Under the pieces are notes generated by a model. It had not been told where the DNA came from and made no database searches. It worked only from the letters and a program-made list of their open reading frames with translations. Of a stretch of DNA of 64,000 bases, positions 39,401 to 48,099 are shown in pieces. The position numbers and the translations under genes are program-made. Each line of letters opens with the position of its first letter. The stretch's first letter is position 1. Origin of the DNA: an uncultured virus (IMG/VR IMGVR_UViG_3300002488_000005). Lineage: Duplodnaviria; Heunggongvirae; Uroviricota; Caudoviricetes. Where the stretch lies: positions 1 through 64,000 of IMG/VR virus record IMGVR_UViG_3300002488_000005, one strand, 5' to 3'.

Positions 39401-42400
39401 ACAACTATTTCTCATTAGAAAAGAGTCTTTATCAAGTTGTTTCTGAAGAAATGCTAAACATGATTTCGTCGGTAAAAGAATTTAGCAATCTTATGGGTAA
39501 AGCAACCGATAGGTACAGAGTTGAATATAAGCGTGTCAATTTTATTAGATCGATGTTTTTCGATAAAGTCGAAGAAGACCTTGATTTTGATTCATTTACT
39601 GAATATTTCAAATGGATAGACAATTCTGTTTCTTATTTCGTTTCTCAATTGTTTCCTGCCTCTGCAAGGCACTCAAAAGACATTTCTGATATAGTTGAAA
39701 GTCATATTTTAGAAAGAAACAAATACCAAAACAAATTTCCGCTACTAACCAGATATCCTTCAACTGAAGGCCAAATCAAAGGAAGTAGCGAAATGAGGTA
39801 TAGCTGGAAAACTGGTCATGCTCCAATTGGCGGAGCCGATGACAAGAATTGTGTCTGGCAAAAGCTCAGAAAAGAAAGAACAGATATAGTTGAAAGAGAG
39901 ACAATAAGACAAGTAATAAACACTGAGTCGACAGGAAGTGGCCCATCCTTGGCCAAGGCTGACCTGACAATTTACAGAGGGTCAGCGTTTGCTCTAAGAA
40001 GGCTATCAAAGCCCTACAGGATCTCTCAAGACTTGGAACCTCCGTTGCATGGTGGTATAAATTATCCACCAAAGAAGAATCGTGACGTTATTTATCACTT
40101 GGCACAAAGGCACGGTGAAAAAGGAAACTACGGGCAGCCACTAAATGTTGTGGTAGCAGGGCCCGGCACTGGCAGTGGCAAAATAACACAAAGGTCATGT
40201 GACGACATACAAGATCCGAATCTAAAGACTAGAGTGTATTTAGATGCATTTGCTGGTAAATATTCAAATGAATCGTACTCGCCCGGTGCAAGAGATGTTG
40301 ATAGTACTTATTCATATCGATTAACCGAATTGGATTTGCCCGTAACAGTAATCTCTAGCTCTGTTAATAGTGGTTACAATTCTCATGTCGTGAATCGTTT
40401 TGATTCTGGGTCTATTGTGACAAACATACACTCAGATACAACCTCTCCAACGAACCATATTCCCATGCAGGGACCTTTTACTGAGACATGGGTAGGTGGA
40501 CACCAACATAGACACATAGCTGTAAATAGGCGAGATTTGAGCCTTATAGACGATGACACTGGAACAGCACCTTTGAACAATTTGGACAACAAATACACAA
40601 GACCTGAAGGCTGGATGTTGCAGTTAGGAGACAAAGACTCACCTCATGATGGCGCAATAGGTATCGTTGGTCCTGATTACGGTGGCCCGTATCCTGATCC
40701 GGCCAGAAAAGTAGCTGTTTTTTATCGAGAAGAGAGAGCAAAACGCCCTGTTAACATCAAAAACATTCGCTACACTACCGGTAGTAGGAATCTTGGTAAC
40801 TTTAGAGAAAATTATGAATTAATTTCCGCTGGCGGTAAAATGCAAAATAATCTTTATCTAAGAAAAAATCCGGATCACAATTTCATTCCACAAACTATTG
40901 GTGATATTTTACCAACGACTACTCATCCTATGACCCTGTTAGCACAAAGTCCAACATCTGTAGGTAATGTTTTTGGCTCTTACTCAAACAATAGACAAGT
41001 AGAGCAAGTAGCTGCTGTGGCTGGTGCAAAGGCTTCTGGATCTATAAAGTTGTTTGGAACTTCTAGTATAAGTCCCTCACACAATGAAAATATAGTTCTC
41101 GGCGCAGGCGGAGGATTTGCGGCAAAGGAGTTTTGGCTTCCAAACGATATTGGTAAAACAACCACCGGAGAAGTTTACTTAATAAGTTCAGGGTCAAGTG
41201 ACACTGACTTGTATAACAGTTTTCGCACACACTTGCAAAATGCTTACACTTCAAGTTACTCTGTTTCTTACACTACATCCCCCGCTGTACTTGGAAGTGC
41301 CATTTACCAAACATCTTCACACAATGTATCTTATCTCACTGCCAGTGTTTCAAACTTCTCAGCGTCCTCGTTTACGTTAGCTGGTTGGTACAAATTTGAT
41401 GGCACACATAGTGGCGATAAGCGTCTTTTTTGGCTGGGGTCGGCAACCGGAAATGGTCGTCACTCATATGCATGGGCAGATCAAGGATTGAGCTATATGC
41501 TACGATTCAGAATTAGCTACACAGATGGCGGAGGAAATCAAAAAGAAACCCAATGGCAACTGAGTGATCTTCCCGGCAAAATGAAGAACACTTGGGCACA
41601 CATAGCCCTCACATGGCAGTCAAGTTCTGCCAATCCTACTTTTCAAAACAAACCAGTCATTTATATAAATGCTATTAGCCAGTCTTGGTCAACAACATGT
41701 GACACATATGCAGGCGGATGCCCATCGACTTGGGGAGGAACATATGTCCCCAATCCCATAAATCAGATTCAATTATTTGGAGATTCCAACGGTTGGAAAG
41801 GGGGAATTGACTCATTTCAGTTCTTCAATAAAGTCCTAACAAGCGCTGAGGTTTTGACACTGTACAACTCTAGAGTTGCACCAAACCATAGCAATCCGGC
41901 AATAGCAATTCCAAGTTCCTCACAGTGTGCTGCGTGGTGGACTATGGGAGATCATGCTAGTGATCCAACACCCGTTCACGGACAGACAACAAACTTAGTC
42001 AATGGTGGCTTGATATACGATGTTATGGGCAACAACAACATTACTGTTAAGCAAGCCACATTACAAGCCCGAAGAATGCATTGGTCGAGCGGTATTCCAC
42101 AAACTGCTTCCTATGCCACATTCAGTCTAACAGCTAGCACCAGCACTGCCAACCAGAATAGAACCATAGTCTTGAGTTCTAGTGCGTGGCACCCGACTAA
42201 AAGAGCTAATTCGTGGTATGGAAGCGATTCTAGCATTACAGGCGGAATAACTCCGATAGCAGCAGTTCCCGGCAATATCAATGCCATTGTTAATTCTTCT
42301 GTGACAAACACTATAATTACATCAAGATTTTCAGCCCCGGGAGGTATTGAGACTTCCCATGGCTATCTGGATGCACATGCAAAGGAATATTCAGTTCATA

Positions 42401-42891
42401 ACTCTTTGAACTATCGCAACTTGACTGTTCGTGGAACAGGTTCCGGTGAAAGTGGTACAATAAGAGTAAACAGTCAAGCGGGACGCAGAGAGGGCCTGAG
42501 AACATCATTGACAAGGCATTGCGGGCGCTTTGGGATTGACTCACAACATGGATCAGTTGCATCTTCTAATTATGAGTCTGAGGCTTCTTTTCACAAGATT
42601 CATCGAAATGTTGGTAGGAGGCCCACCGATACATCAACAATTCCTGTGCCGGTTTTCAACGAAGACCATAATAATGCACATTTTAGCTCACTGTTGCCAA
42701 GGTCAGACTTTCAGTATTCTTGGGTAACTTCTTCATTGGGTAATAATTACTCATATAAAAGTGGAAAGCAGAGAATTTATGGCTACGCACCAACCGACGG
42801 AATTGTCAGTTCATCAGTAAGCATTGGTGGTGAAAGTGGATTTGTCTCCGCAATAAATTTCCCAACCGCATCAGAAATTTTTGGAGTATAG
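36418..42891 (+). CDS. large baseplate/tail protein with LamG-like (concanavalin A) domains
   Basis: FTVEFWLK..WKHYA..FYVNG..LDDFRFW, a second FTLAGW..WAHIALTW..GGIDSFQFFN, and IMKAKGTE (gp7/gpI-like KGT). Confidence 0.75.
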   Translation: MSIRDLFNKKSVSIENVATGSSDIESKDFVLTTMKKNETFIPNVDFASASNFARFGSAYEYYTTSIRRVYDEYPYDGSDKEKALFELSSSFLDKYIFDNLYPKSNGFVTFSYATFMASASPDANGYGTPSVSEREQIFIRGGLHTASSGMEGKPLVKTFSNSIVYDSDKNRTTTFKLNPSSGFTVEFWLKKPAFNTSKTEREVIFDSWNNKTGNDNGRFRIVLDGSSAADTFKFVFRSGSLASGKGVYETTVSDSTVTNASLTTWKHYALSVISGSGGLITRFYVNGLLNKKTTHNANGVMLDIGGLINGSIGSLVAATTHLSPSNQYGGKLSGSLDDFRFWKTRRTSEQIYNNYYTHVGGGTNTDDANTSLGLYYKFNEGIVGNSSYDSVVLDYSGRIANGTWTGYTSGARNAGSAFVLSSTVTSEPKDPIIRSAHPEVTTLLTNLQTSGSAWDDKNTSLLYNRVPSWIREEDESNNKNVKYLFQIMGSYFDTLFLQINEIPKLKEKRFYPDTNKPLPFTERLLKERGLITTKILSNNTLFEYYNGRDKNKIVYEKEINVLKNLIYNNIYNNLDYIMKAKGTESSIRNMMRCFGFDDEIVKLNIYTDNGTHYFTDKSRQTTINKNYVNFNTTNTFNSTIFQTSSTNNTNSFVTGSKAALDELYSAMTVEANIIVPDKIEVHEDGYFGTNFLSSSIFGLHEAGTNVGVYTWPSSEIANFQVYLLRDSLESKNAKFVLTNRSNSFFLTSSLIRDVYENQTWNIAVRVKPQKYPFIGNVVSTSNPLYTIDFYGVNHSFSVVENEFHVSESLSYASGSAFLTRPKRLYIGAHRTNFTGAVAQQSDLKIGSIAFYNDYVSNDDIKQHNLDPMNYGVEKSISSTSMFANGATNSYNSKFDSNVLIWNFQTVTGSDSSGLFTVDDYSSGSAAISSTFPDYLTKAYHKGKGFSFPTSNSSFIKSELVYASKKELPEMAYNSDSVTIETDEKKFFIKDDDVSDNYFSLEKSLYQVVSEEMLNMISSVKEFSNLMGKATDRYRVEYKRVNFIRSMFFDKVEEDLDFDSFTEYFKWIDNSVSYFVSQLFPASARHSKDISDIVESHILERNKYQNKFPLLTRYPSTEGQIKGSSEMRYSWKTGHAPIGGADDKNCVWQKLRKERTDIVERETIRQVINTESTGSGPSLAKADLTIYRGSAFALRRLSKPYRISQDLEPPLHGGINYPPKKNRDVIYHLAQRHGEKGNYGQPLNVVVAGPGTGSGKITQRSCDDIQDPNLKTRVYLDAFAGKYSNESYSPGARDVDSTYSYRLTELDLPVTVISSSVNSGYNSHVVNRFDSGSIVTNIHSDTTSPTNHIPMQGPFTETWVGGHQHRHIAVNRRDLSLIDDDTGTAPLNNLDNKYTRPEGWMLQLGDKDSPHDGAIGIVGPDYGGPYPDPARKVAVFYREERAKRPVNIKNIRYTTGSRNLGNFRENYELISAGGKMQNNLYLRKNPDHNFIPQTIGDILPTTTHPMTLLAQSPTSVGNVFGSYSNNRQVEQVAAVAGAKASGSIKLFGTSSISPSHNENIVLGAGGGFAAKEFWLPNDIGKTTTGEVYLISSGSSDTDLYNSFRTHLQNAYTSSYSVSYTTSPAVLGSAIYQTSSHNVSYLTASVSNFSASSFTLAGWYKFDGTHSGDKRLFWLGSATGNGRHSYAWADQGLSYMLRFRISYTDGGGNQKETQWQLSDLPGKMKNTWAHIALTWQSSSANPTFQNKPVIYINAISQSWSTTCDTYAGGCPSTWGGTYVPNPINQIQLFGDSNGWKGGIDSFQFFNKVLTSAEVLTLYNSRVAPNHSNPAIAIPSSSQCAAWWTMGDHASDPTPVHGQTTNLVNGGLIYDVMGNNNITVKQATLQARRMHWSSGIPQTASYATFSLTASTSTANQNRTIVLSSSAWHPTKRANSWYGSDSSITGGITPIAAVPGNINAIVNSSVTNTIITSRFSAPGGIETSHGYLDAHAKEYSVHNSLNYRNLTVRGTGSGESGTIRVNSQAGRREGLRTSLTRHCGRFGIDSQHGSVASSNYESEASFHKIHRNVGRRPTDTSTIPVPVFNEDHNNAHFSSLLPRSDFQYSWVTSSLGNNYSYKSGKQRIYGYAPTDGIVSSSVSIGGESGFVSAINFPTASEIFGV

Positions 42892-42892
42892 A

Positions 42893-45800
42893 ATGGCGAA
42901 TTATTATTTAGACTTTGTTGGGTTGAACACTCTTATTTACGAACCAAGCACCTATATTGATGCCGATAGTGGCCTTTTTACTGGTACCACGAATGGAGAA
43001 AGAATCACAGATATAAATGGAGCCACCCAAGTGGTGTTCATTTCCCCCATTGACAATGCAAGAGATGGCAGGTACAATCTTGTGGATACTGTCAATTTTA
43101 TAGGCGCTATGGGAGGACTTACGATCTCGCCTATAGGCACATGGCATCACCACGTGACTCATGGCGTGAAAAATTTCAAGTTTCCAAAATCAATTCCTAA
43201 TTCTGCATCATATTTTTGTGCACTAATGCTACACAGGAACGGCCCCTATGGCTATCCAACGTGGAAACAAATCAGAGCTAGTGAGAATCCTCTAAGCAGA
43301 AGGCATGTTAAAGTGAGTGCCTTTACTCATGTTGTTGAGCCGGGCAACTCTATTGTAATTGATGGATCTAATGTAAGGGCAAAGTACGGAGAAATAAAAG
43401 CATACGTAGAAACTCCGGTCACTTTTAGAAATCATCCACTTGTGGTTCGAGGCGCATCAAGAACACAGTCGGAAAAGTCAAGCAAAATTTCAATGGAAAG
43501 ATTTGACATCAAGACTAGCTACTCAAATCGATTGACGTTTTTTAACAACAAAGAGCTAGATAAATATTACGGCAAAACAGAAGATCGTGACAAGGTTTAT
43601 GATAATATAAAAGATTTATATCTAGAAGATGGTCTGAATTCTATCGAATCGCCGATGGATGTTTTTGAGTTTATAAAATACTCCGAGACTGTCTATCCCT
43701 CGCAGATTTATGTCAACAAAAGTTATACAAGACAGAGAAAAAACTTCTCCTTCAATTGGAGAGATGAGAGAAACAACAGAAGACAAATGGGCGTTGATAA
43801 CGGTTTTGGTTCCACCGTATCTCAGAGTGTGTGGCCTTTAGACTGGAATACTGATGGCGACAACCACAGTACTGTGCTTATTCAACTGGGCTACGACCAT
43901 CATGATGGCTCGTCGATTCCCCTAAAAGTAGATGCTGGAATTTTGCAAAATCAATATTCTTCTGGTCACTATACGGTGCATCATTATGTGACATCTTCAG
44001 TGTTAGATACTTTTGTAAGGCCGGCCCCTATCTACAATAGAAAGCATACGATTGAACACTCGGCCTCGGTTGTTTCAAAGAATGGAATGCTAATCGAGGG
44101 CATTAATACTGGTACAACATTTGGCAATATAGGTGCTTTTGACAGCTTTCAGGGTGATGCAAAGTGGCAAGCCGGAGAAATGAGAGGTAGAAATCCATTT
44201 TATGATTCTTATGACGAGTTTGTTCAAGGCGTAAGACAGAAAGGAAAAGGGTATACAATAGTGCCGGAGTTTAGAATAAGTAGCCATGTGAGCGATATAG
44301 TCTCGAAAGGAATAGACACAAAGTTTTCTAACATGTTTGAATTGTCCGGGGCATTGGGTTCTGCTGATTTTAGCGATGAAGATAAATTTTTTGAAATCTA
44401 TTCAACTAGTGACTTCCTTAAACATTTTGAAGTGATTAGAGAAGACCACAAAGACTTTGTTGAACCAAGAAGAATAAAATTAAAATGCAAAGCTGTATTG
44501 AAGTTTTTGCCTTATAATGGTTTTTATCCCGCACAAAGAACAGTGGATATGGCAAAGCAATTTTATTCATCATACAGTAATGCAGTCTTAGGAGCAACAG
44601 GATCTACTTTTGATTATCAACCGTTAGGAAATTCGGCTAAAATCGTCTTTCAAAACTTTTTAGCACCATTATTTGCACCCGGTGTTTTATTCAATTCGAT
44701 AAAGTCTGGTATTGCTTGTGACTATCCTATTGTCACAAACCCAATTTCGGAAGCAAACGACAGGGTTTTGCTAAATCCGGCTGGCCCCAGCTTCGCCGGC
44801 AAATATTATCTCAACACAATAAGCAACACGGTGAATTTGTTTGAAGATAGAATTCCATTTACCGCATTGCTTAGTCCTGAAAGCCATATGGCAGGAAAAT
44901 CTATTGGCTGCAATGAGCCTCATATTTCTAGCAACCTCTCATCATCTGTATTTTGGAATGGCACCGGAGATAATTTGTATAAGCTAATGGCTCACAATTT
45001 TTTGTCTGAAGTGGGTTCATTTTTCTTGCAAGGTCAACAATTTAGCAAAATTTATTCCGCACCATCAGATGATCCATCTGTTGGGCAAGCAAAGTCAGGA
45101 TCAACATATTCTATGAGGGTTTCGATGTACAAAACATCGAACACAGCATCTTTGACGCTAATCAACGGCTCCGATGGTTATTTTGCCGCTCCTCAGTACC
45201 CGTCCGGCTCCGTTGAGAACTTTACAATGTATTCAAGACCAACAGCATTTGGCCCGCCTTCTCAAGCAACATGGCCCGCTACCGGATCTGTCTCTGACAT
45301 GACCGGGTCAGACTCTGCGATTGGCGAGAATCACCCCTATACTCCGCCCTACTATTATGGGCAAGCATGGGCAGATATCAAATTCACAGCAACTGAGACT
45401 AAAAAATACAGCATCGGAGAAATAATCCGTAATTCAACAGTTGAGTATTATAGACATTTAGACAGAAGAACTAATCATTCCAATGCAGACAGGAAAGAAG
45501 AGGCCATTAGAGTAAACAAGCTGTATAATACCAACGCAATGCAGCTAAGTGCATCTCTAGACTTGTTCGCTCAAGGTGAAATAAGAAATGTTGATTTGGT
45601 TGGAGACGGAACATCTCAAGGAGTGAGTGTTGCTGTTAATGCTTCTGGCGAAGAAAAGTCTAGATGGATAATTCAATCTTATTTTGAAACACCTATGTTA
45701 AATTTCAATAGTTATACGTCCACTGGCTCTCTTTATATGCCACCAACAGAAGGCAAACAAGCTGTTCCACGTGGGATGTGGCATCAATATGGGTTTTTGG

Positions 45801-47167
45801 AAACAGACCCAGCTAAGGGCGTGTTCTTGGGAGTGTCTGAAATACCAGAGGACTTTAGAACAAATTTTGTTGGCTCTGCGGCGGAAGAATCCTTAGTCGA
45901 CTTATGCGGATTTAGCAAGGACGTAGTAAGACTAGGTACTCCTGCCACTGCCAAGCAAATTGGAGAAGCGGTAGTTGCAATTCCTTTTGTAGAGCAGAAT
46001 GGTCGTAGAAAGTTTTTCAGATTAGAAAAAGGAGCTGTTTATGGCGCAGCAGCAGATCTAGATATAAACACCAAAAGAGACAACATTGCAAATAGCATAA
46101 TCGACATGGTTGATAAAATGAAAAGGTATGTTATTCCGCCATTCATAGATTTTGTACATAGAAGAGACATTGAACCTTTTGCAATGTACATATTTGAATT
46201 TACAAAAATGCTAGACCAGCAAGATTTAGCAGATATATGGCAGAACTTGCCACCAAAAGATATTGGTCGTTCATTTAGTGAGGCGACAGCCACAATTAGT
46301 CACAACCTATTAGCCTATGAAATGCTTGGTGGTGGAAAGTTGAAAAAGTCCGAAGACGGCCAAGGAAAAGGTAATCCATTCCCAGAAAAAGTTCAATGGC
46401 TTGTATTCAAAGCCAAACAAAGAGGCGAGGCTAATTATTATAATAAAGTCGTGGGATTGGGTAGAAAAACAAAAACAGCAGATTCTAAACCATTGCCTGA
46501 GAGTGATATTGGATCTTCAATATTTAGGCCGCCAAACTATGGAACAGACTTATCTTACAACTGGCCCTATGATTTCTTTTCATTGGTTGAGTTAGCCAAA
46601 TTAGATGTTGATGTCACCATGTCTGATTCCTATGTTCAAGATGATCCGAAATTATTGATAAAACCAATTATAGGAACGCCTACTGAGCCTCCTCCAAGGC
46701 CACCATTGCTTTACACTGGGCCGGTTGGGCCAACTGCTCCAATACAAGAAGACTTCCCTGTTCTTGACGAGCAGAATACACAAGGCGAGAACATGGTAAC
46801 AGGACAAATGATAAATTCTATTGAAGGCGATATGCAACAAATAGAAACAGATTTTACAGATTTGATGCAGGATATGCAAACTATGACCCAAGGAGCGCAA
46901 GCAGGAATGGGCCCAATAAATATACAACAAGTAGCGATGGACTCAGGGCCGGGCAGTTTTATGCCAGATACGCCAATGGATGGGGAACAAGTAGCATCCA
47001 TGACGCAGAATTTTGTCGGCGGACTAACTAACAACATGATGCAACAAGCATCAACGATGCAACAGATGGCTTCAAGCCAATCAACTCAAATGCAACAGGC
47101 AGAATTGCAGGACGTTGGATCACAGTTTACGACAAATTTATTATCTAACATGTTCACAGGATACTAA
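42893..47167 (+). CDS. large virion structural protein with Q/M-rich C-terminal tail
   Basis: ~1424-aa ORF in the tail module; YNWPYDFFSLVEL precedes a low-complexity tail. Confidence 0.7.
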   Translation: MANYYLDFVGLNTLIYEPSTYIDADSGLFTGTTNGERITDINGATQVVFISPIDNARDGRYNLVDTVNFIGAMGGLTISPIGTWHHHVTHGVKNFKFPKSIPNSASYFCALMLHRNGPYGYPTWKQIRASENPLSRRHVKVSAFTHVVEPGNSIVIDGSNVRAKYGEIKAYVETPVTFRNHPLVVRGASRTQSEKSSKISMERFDIKTSYSNRLTFFNNKELDKYYGKTEDRDKVYDNIKDLYLEDGLNSIESPMDVFEFIKYSETVYPSQIYVNKSYTRQRKNFSFNWRDERNNRRQMGVDNGFGSTVSQSVWPLDWNTDGDNHSTVLIQLGYDHHDGSSIPLKVDAGILQNQYSSGHYTVHHYVTSSVLDTFVRPAPIYNRKHTIEHSASVVSKNGMLIEGINTGTTFGNIGAFDSFQGDAKWQAGEMRGRNPFYDSYDEFVQGVRQKGKGYTIVPEFRISSHVSDIVSKGIDTKFSNMFELSGALGSADFSDEDKFFEIYSTSDFLKHFEVIREDHKDFVEPRRIKLKCKAVLKFLPYNGFYPAQRTVDMAKQFYSSYSNAVLGATGSTFDYQPLGNSAKIVFQNFLAPLFAPGVLFNSIKSGIACDYPIVTNPISEANDRVLLNPAGPSFAGKYYLNTISNTVNLFEDRIPFTALLSPESHMAGKSIGCNEPHISSNLSSSVFWNGTGDNLYKLMAHNFLSEVGSFFLQGQQFSKIYSAPSDDPSVGQAKSGSTYSMRVSMYKTSNTASLTLINGSDGYFAAPQYPSGSVENFTMYSRPTAFGPPSQATWPATGSVSDMTGSDSAIGENHPYTPPYYYGQAWADIKFTATETKKYSIGEIIRNSTVEYYRHLDRRTNHSNADRKEEAIRVNKLYNTNAMQLSASLDLFAQGEIRNVDLVGDGTSQGVSVAVNASGEEKSRWIIQSYFETPMLNFNSYTSTGSLYMPPTEGKQAVPRGMWHQYGFLETDPAKGVFLGVSEIPEDFRTNFVGSAAEESLVDLCGFSKDVVRLGTPATAKQIGEAVVAIPFVEQNGRRKFFRLEKGAVYGAAADLDINTKRDNIANSIIDMVDKMKRYVIPPFIDFVHRRDIEPFAMYIFEFTKMLDQQDLADIWQNLPPKDIGRSFSEATATISHNLLAYEMLGGGKLKKSEDGQGKGNPFPEKVQWLVFKAKQRGEANYYNKVVGLGRKTKTADSKPLPESDIGSSIFRPPNYGTDLSYNWPYDFFSLVELAKLDVDVTMSDSYVQDDPKLLIKPIIGTPTEPPPRPPLLYTGPVGPTAPIQEDFPVLDEQNTQGENMVTGQMINSIEGDMQQIETDFTDLMQDMQTMTQGAQAGMGPINIQQVAMDSGPGSFMPDTPMDGEQVASMTQNFVGGLTNNMMQQASTMQQMASSQSTQMQQAELQDVGSQFTTNLLSNMFTGY

Positions 47168-47169
47168 TC

Positions 47170-48099
47170 ATGACTTTCTTTAACAAAAAAGAGGATGTAA
47201 TCAAAATAGAATTGACTCCACACGGCAGGAAGCTATTATCCAAGGGTAAATTGAAACCACAGTATTATGCTTTTTTTGACGACGACATTCTATATGATTC
47301 TGCAAAAGCAGGATTTTCTGAAACAAACACTGAAACAAAAAGCAGAATCCTTTCAGAAACTCCATATCTAAGGCCACAAGTAAGCTATATTGGAGTGGAA
47401 TCAAATATAAGAGACCAAAAACCACAGATTGATAATAAAATGCTAAATATGGTTGGCAGTAATAAAATAGAAGAGAAAAGAACAAATGGGTGGAAAGTAA
47501 CGTTTTTACACAACACTGCATCGTCCATATCTAATAGCTTTGAATCATCTAATTCTCCAACCCTACAGATTCCACAAATAGATTGCAACATAGAGTATAA
47601 AATAAAATTAGAAAATGTGCAACCCAACAATCCAAAGACAAACTACAACTTTTCCAGCATTGGGCAAAGTTTTGGCAACGAGAGTATAACACAAGAACAA
47701 CAACAACTTCTAATTAACATCATCGAGCAAAATGGCTTCAATTTTAACGAAGGGCTTGAGATGGAGGTGCACCTATATGAGGAAGATGAGTCGGCGTACA
47801 AAAAGTTATCCTTTATTGGCGAGAAGGAGATAATAGTTGAAGGCATCATGATTGATGATGAAGACTCCTTCTCTTCTTTGTTCAAGACAGAACAGAGACC
47901 AGAAACGCCTGACATAGTAAGTTATTGGCTTGATATAGCAACCGATAGCACTATTGCGCCTTCTGATATCTGTAGCGGAAGAAAAAAACTTGAGCTAAAT
48001 GATATTTACTTAGATAGTGAAGTAGAGTGTCCGGACGAAGGAGAGCTATATAATATTTATGCAAACACTGCTAAAGAGATCGAGGATTGTGAAGAATGA
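47170..48099 (+). CDS. baseplate/tail protein (N-terminal paralog of 52849)
   Basis: IELTPHGRKLLSKG...FFDDDILY. Confidence 0.65.
   Translation: MTFFNKKEDVIKIELTPHGRKLLSKGKLKPQYYAFFDDDILYDSAKAGFSETNTETKSRILSETPYLRPQVSYIGVESNIRDQKPQIDNKMLNMVGSNKIEEKRTNGWKVTFLHNTASSISNSFESSNSPTLQIPQIDCNIEYKIKLENVQPNNPKTNYNFSSIGQSFGNESITQEQQQLLINIIEQNGFNFNEGLEMEVHLYEEDESAYKKLSFIGEKEIIVEGIMIDDEDSFSSLFKTEQRPETPDIVSYWLDIATDSTIAPSDICSGRKKLELNDIYLDSEVECPDEGELYNIYANTAKEIEDCEE

Noticed and set aside
36418..47167. Diversity-generating retroelement acting on tail proteins
   Set aside because: No reverse transcriptase and no template/variable repeat pair was noticed in the window.
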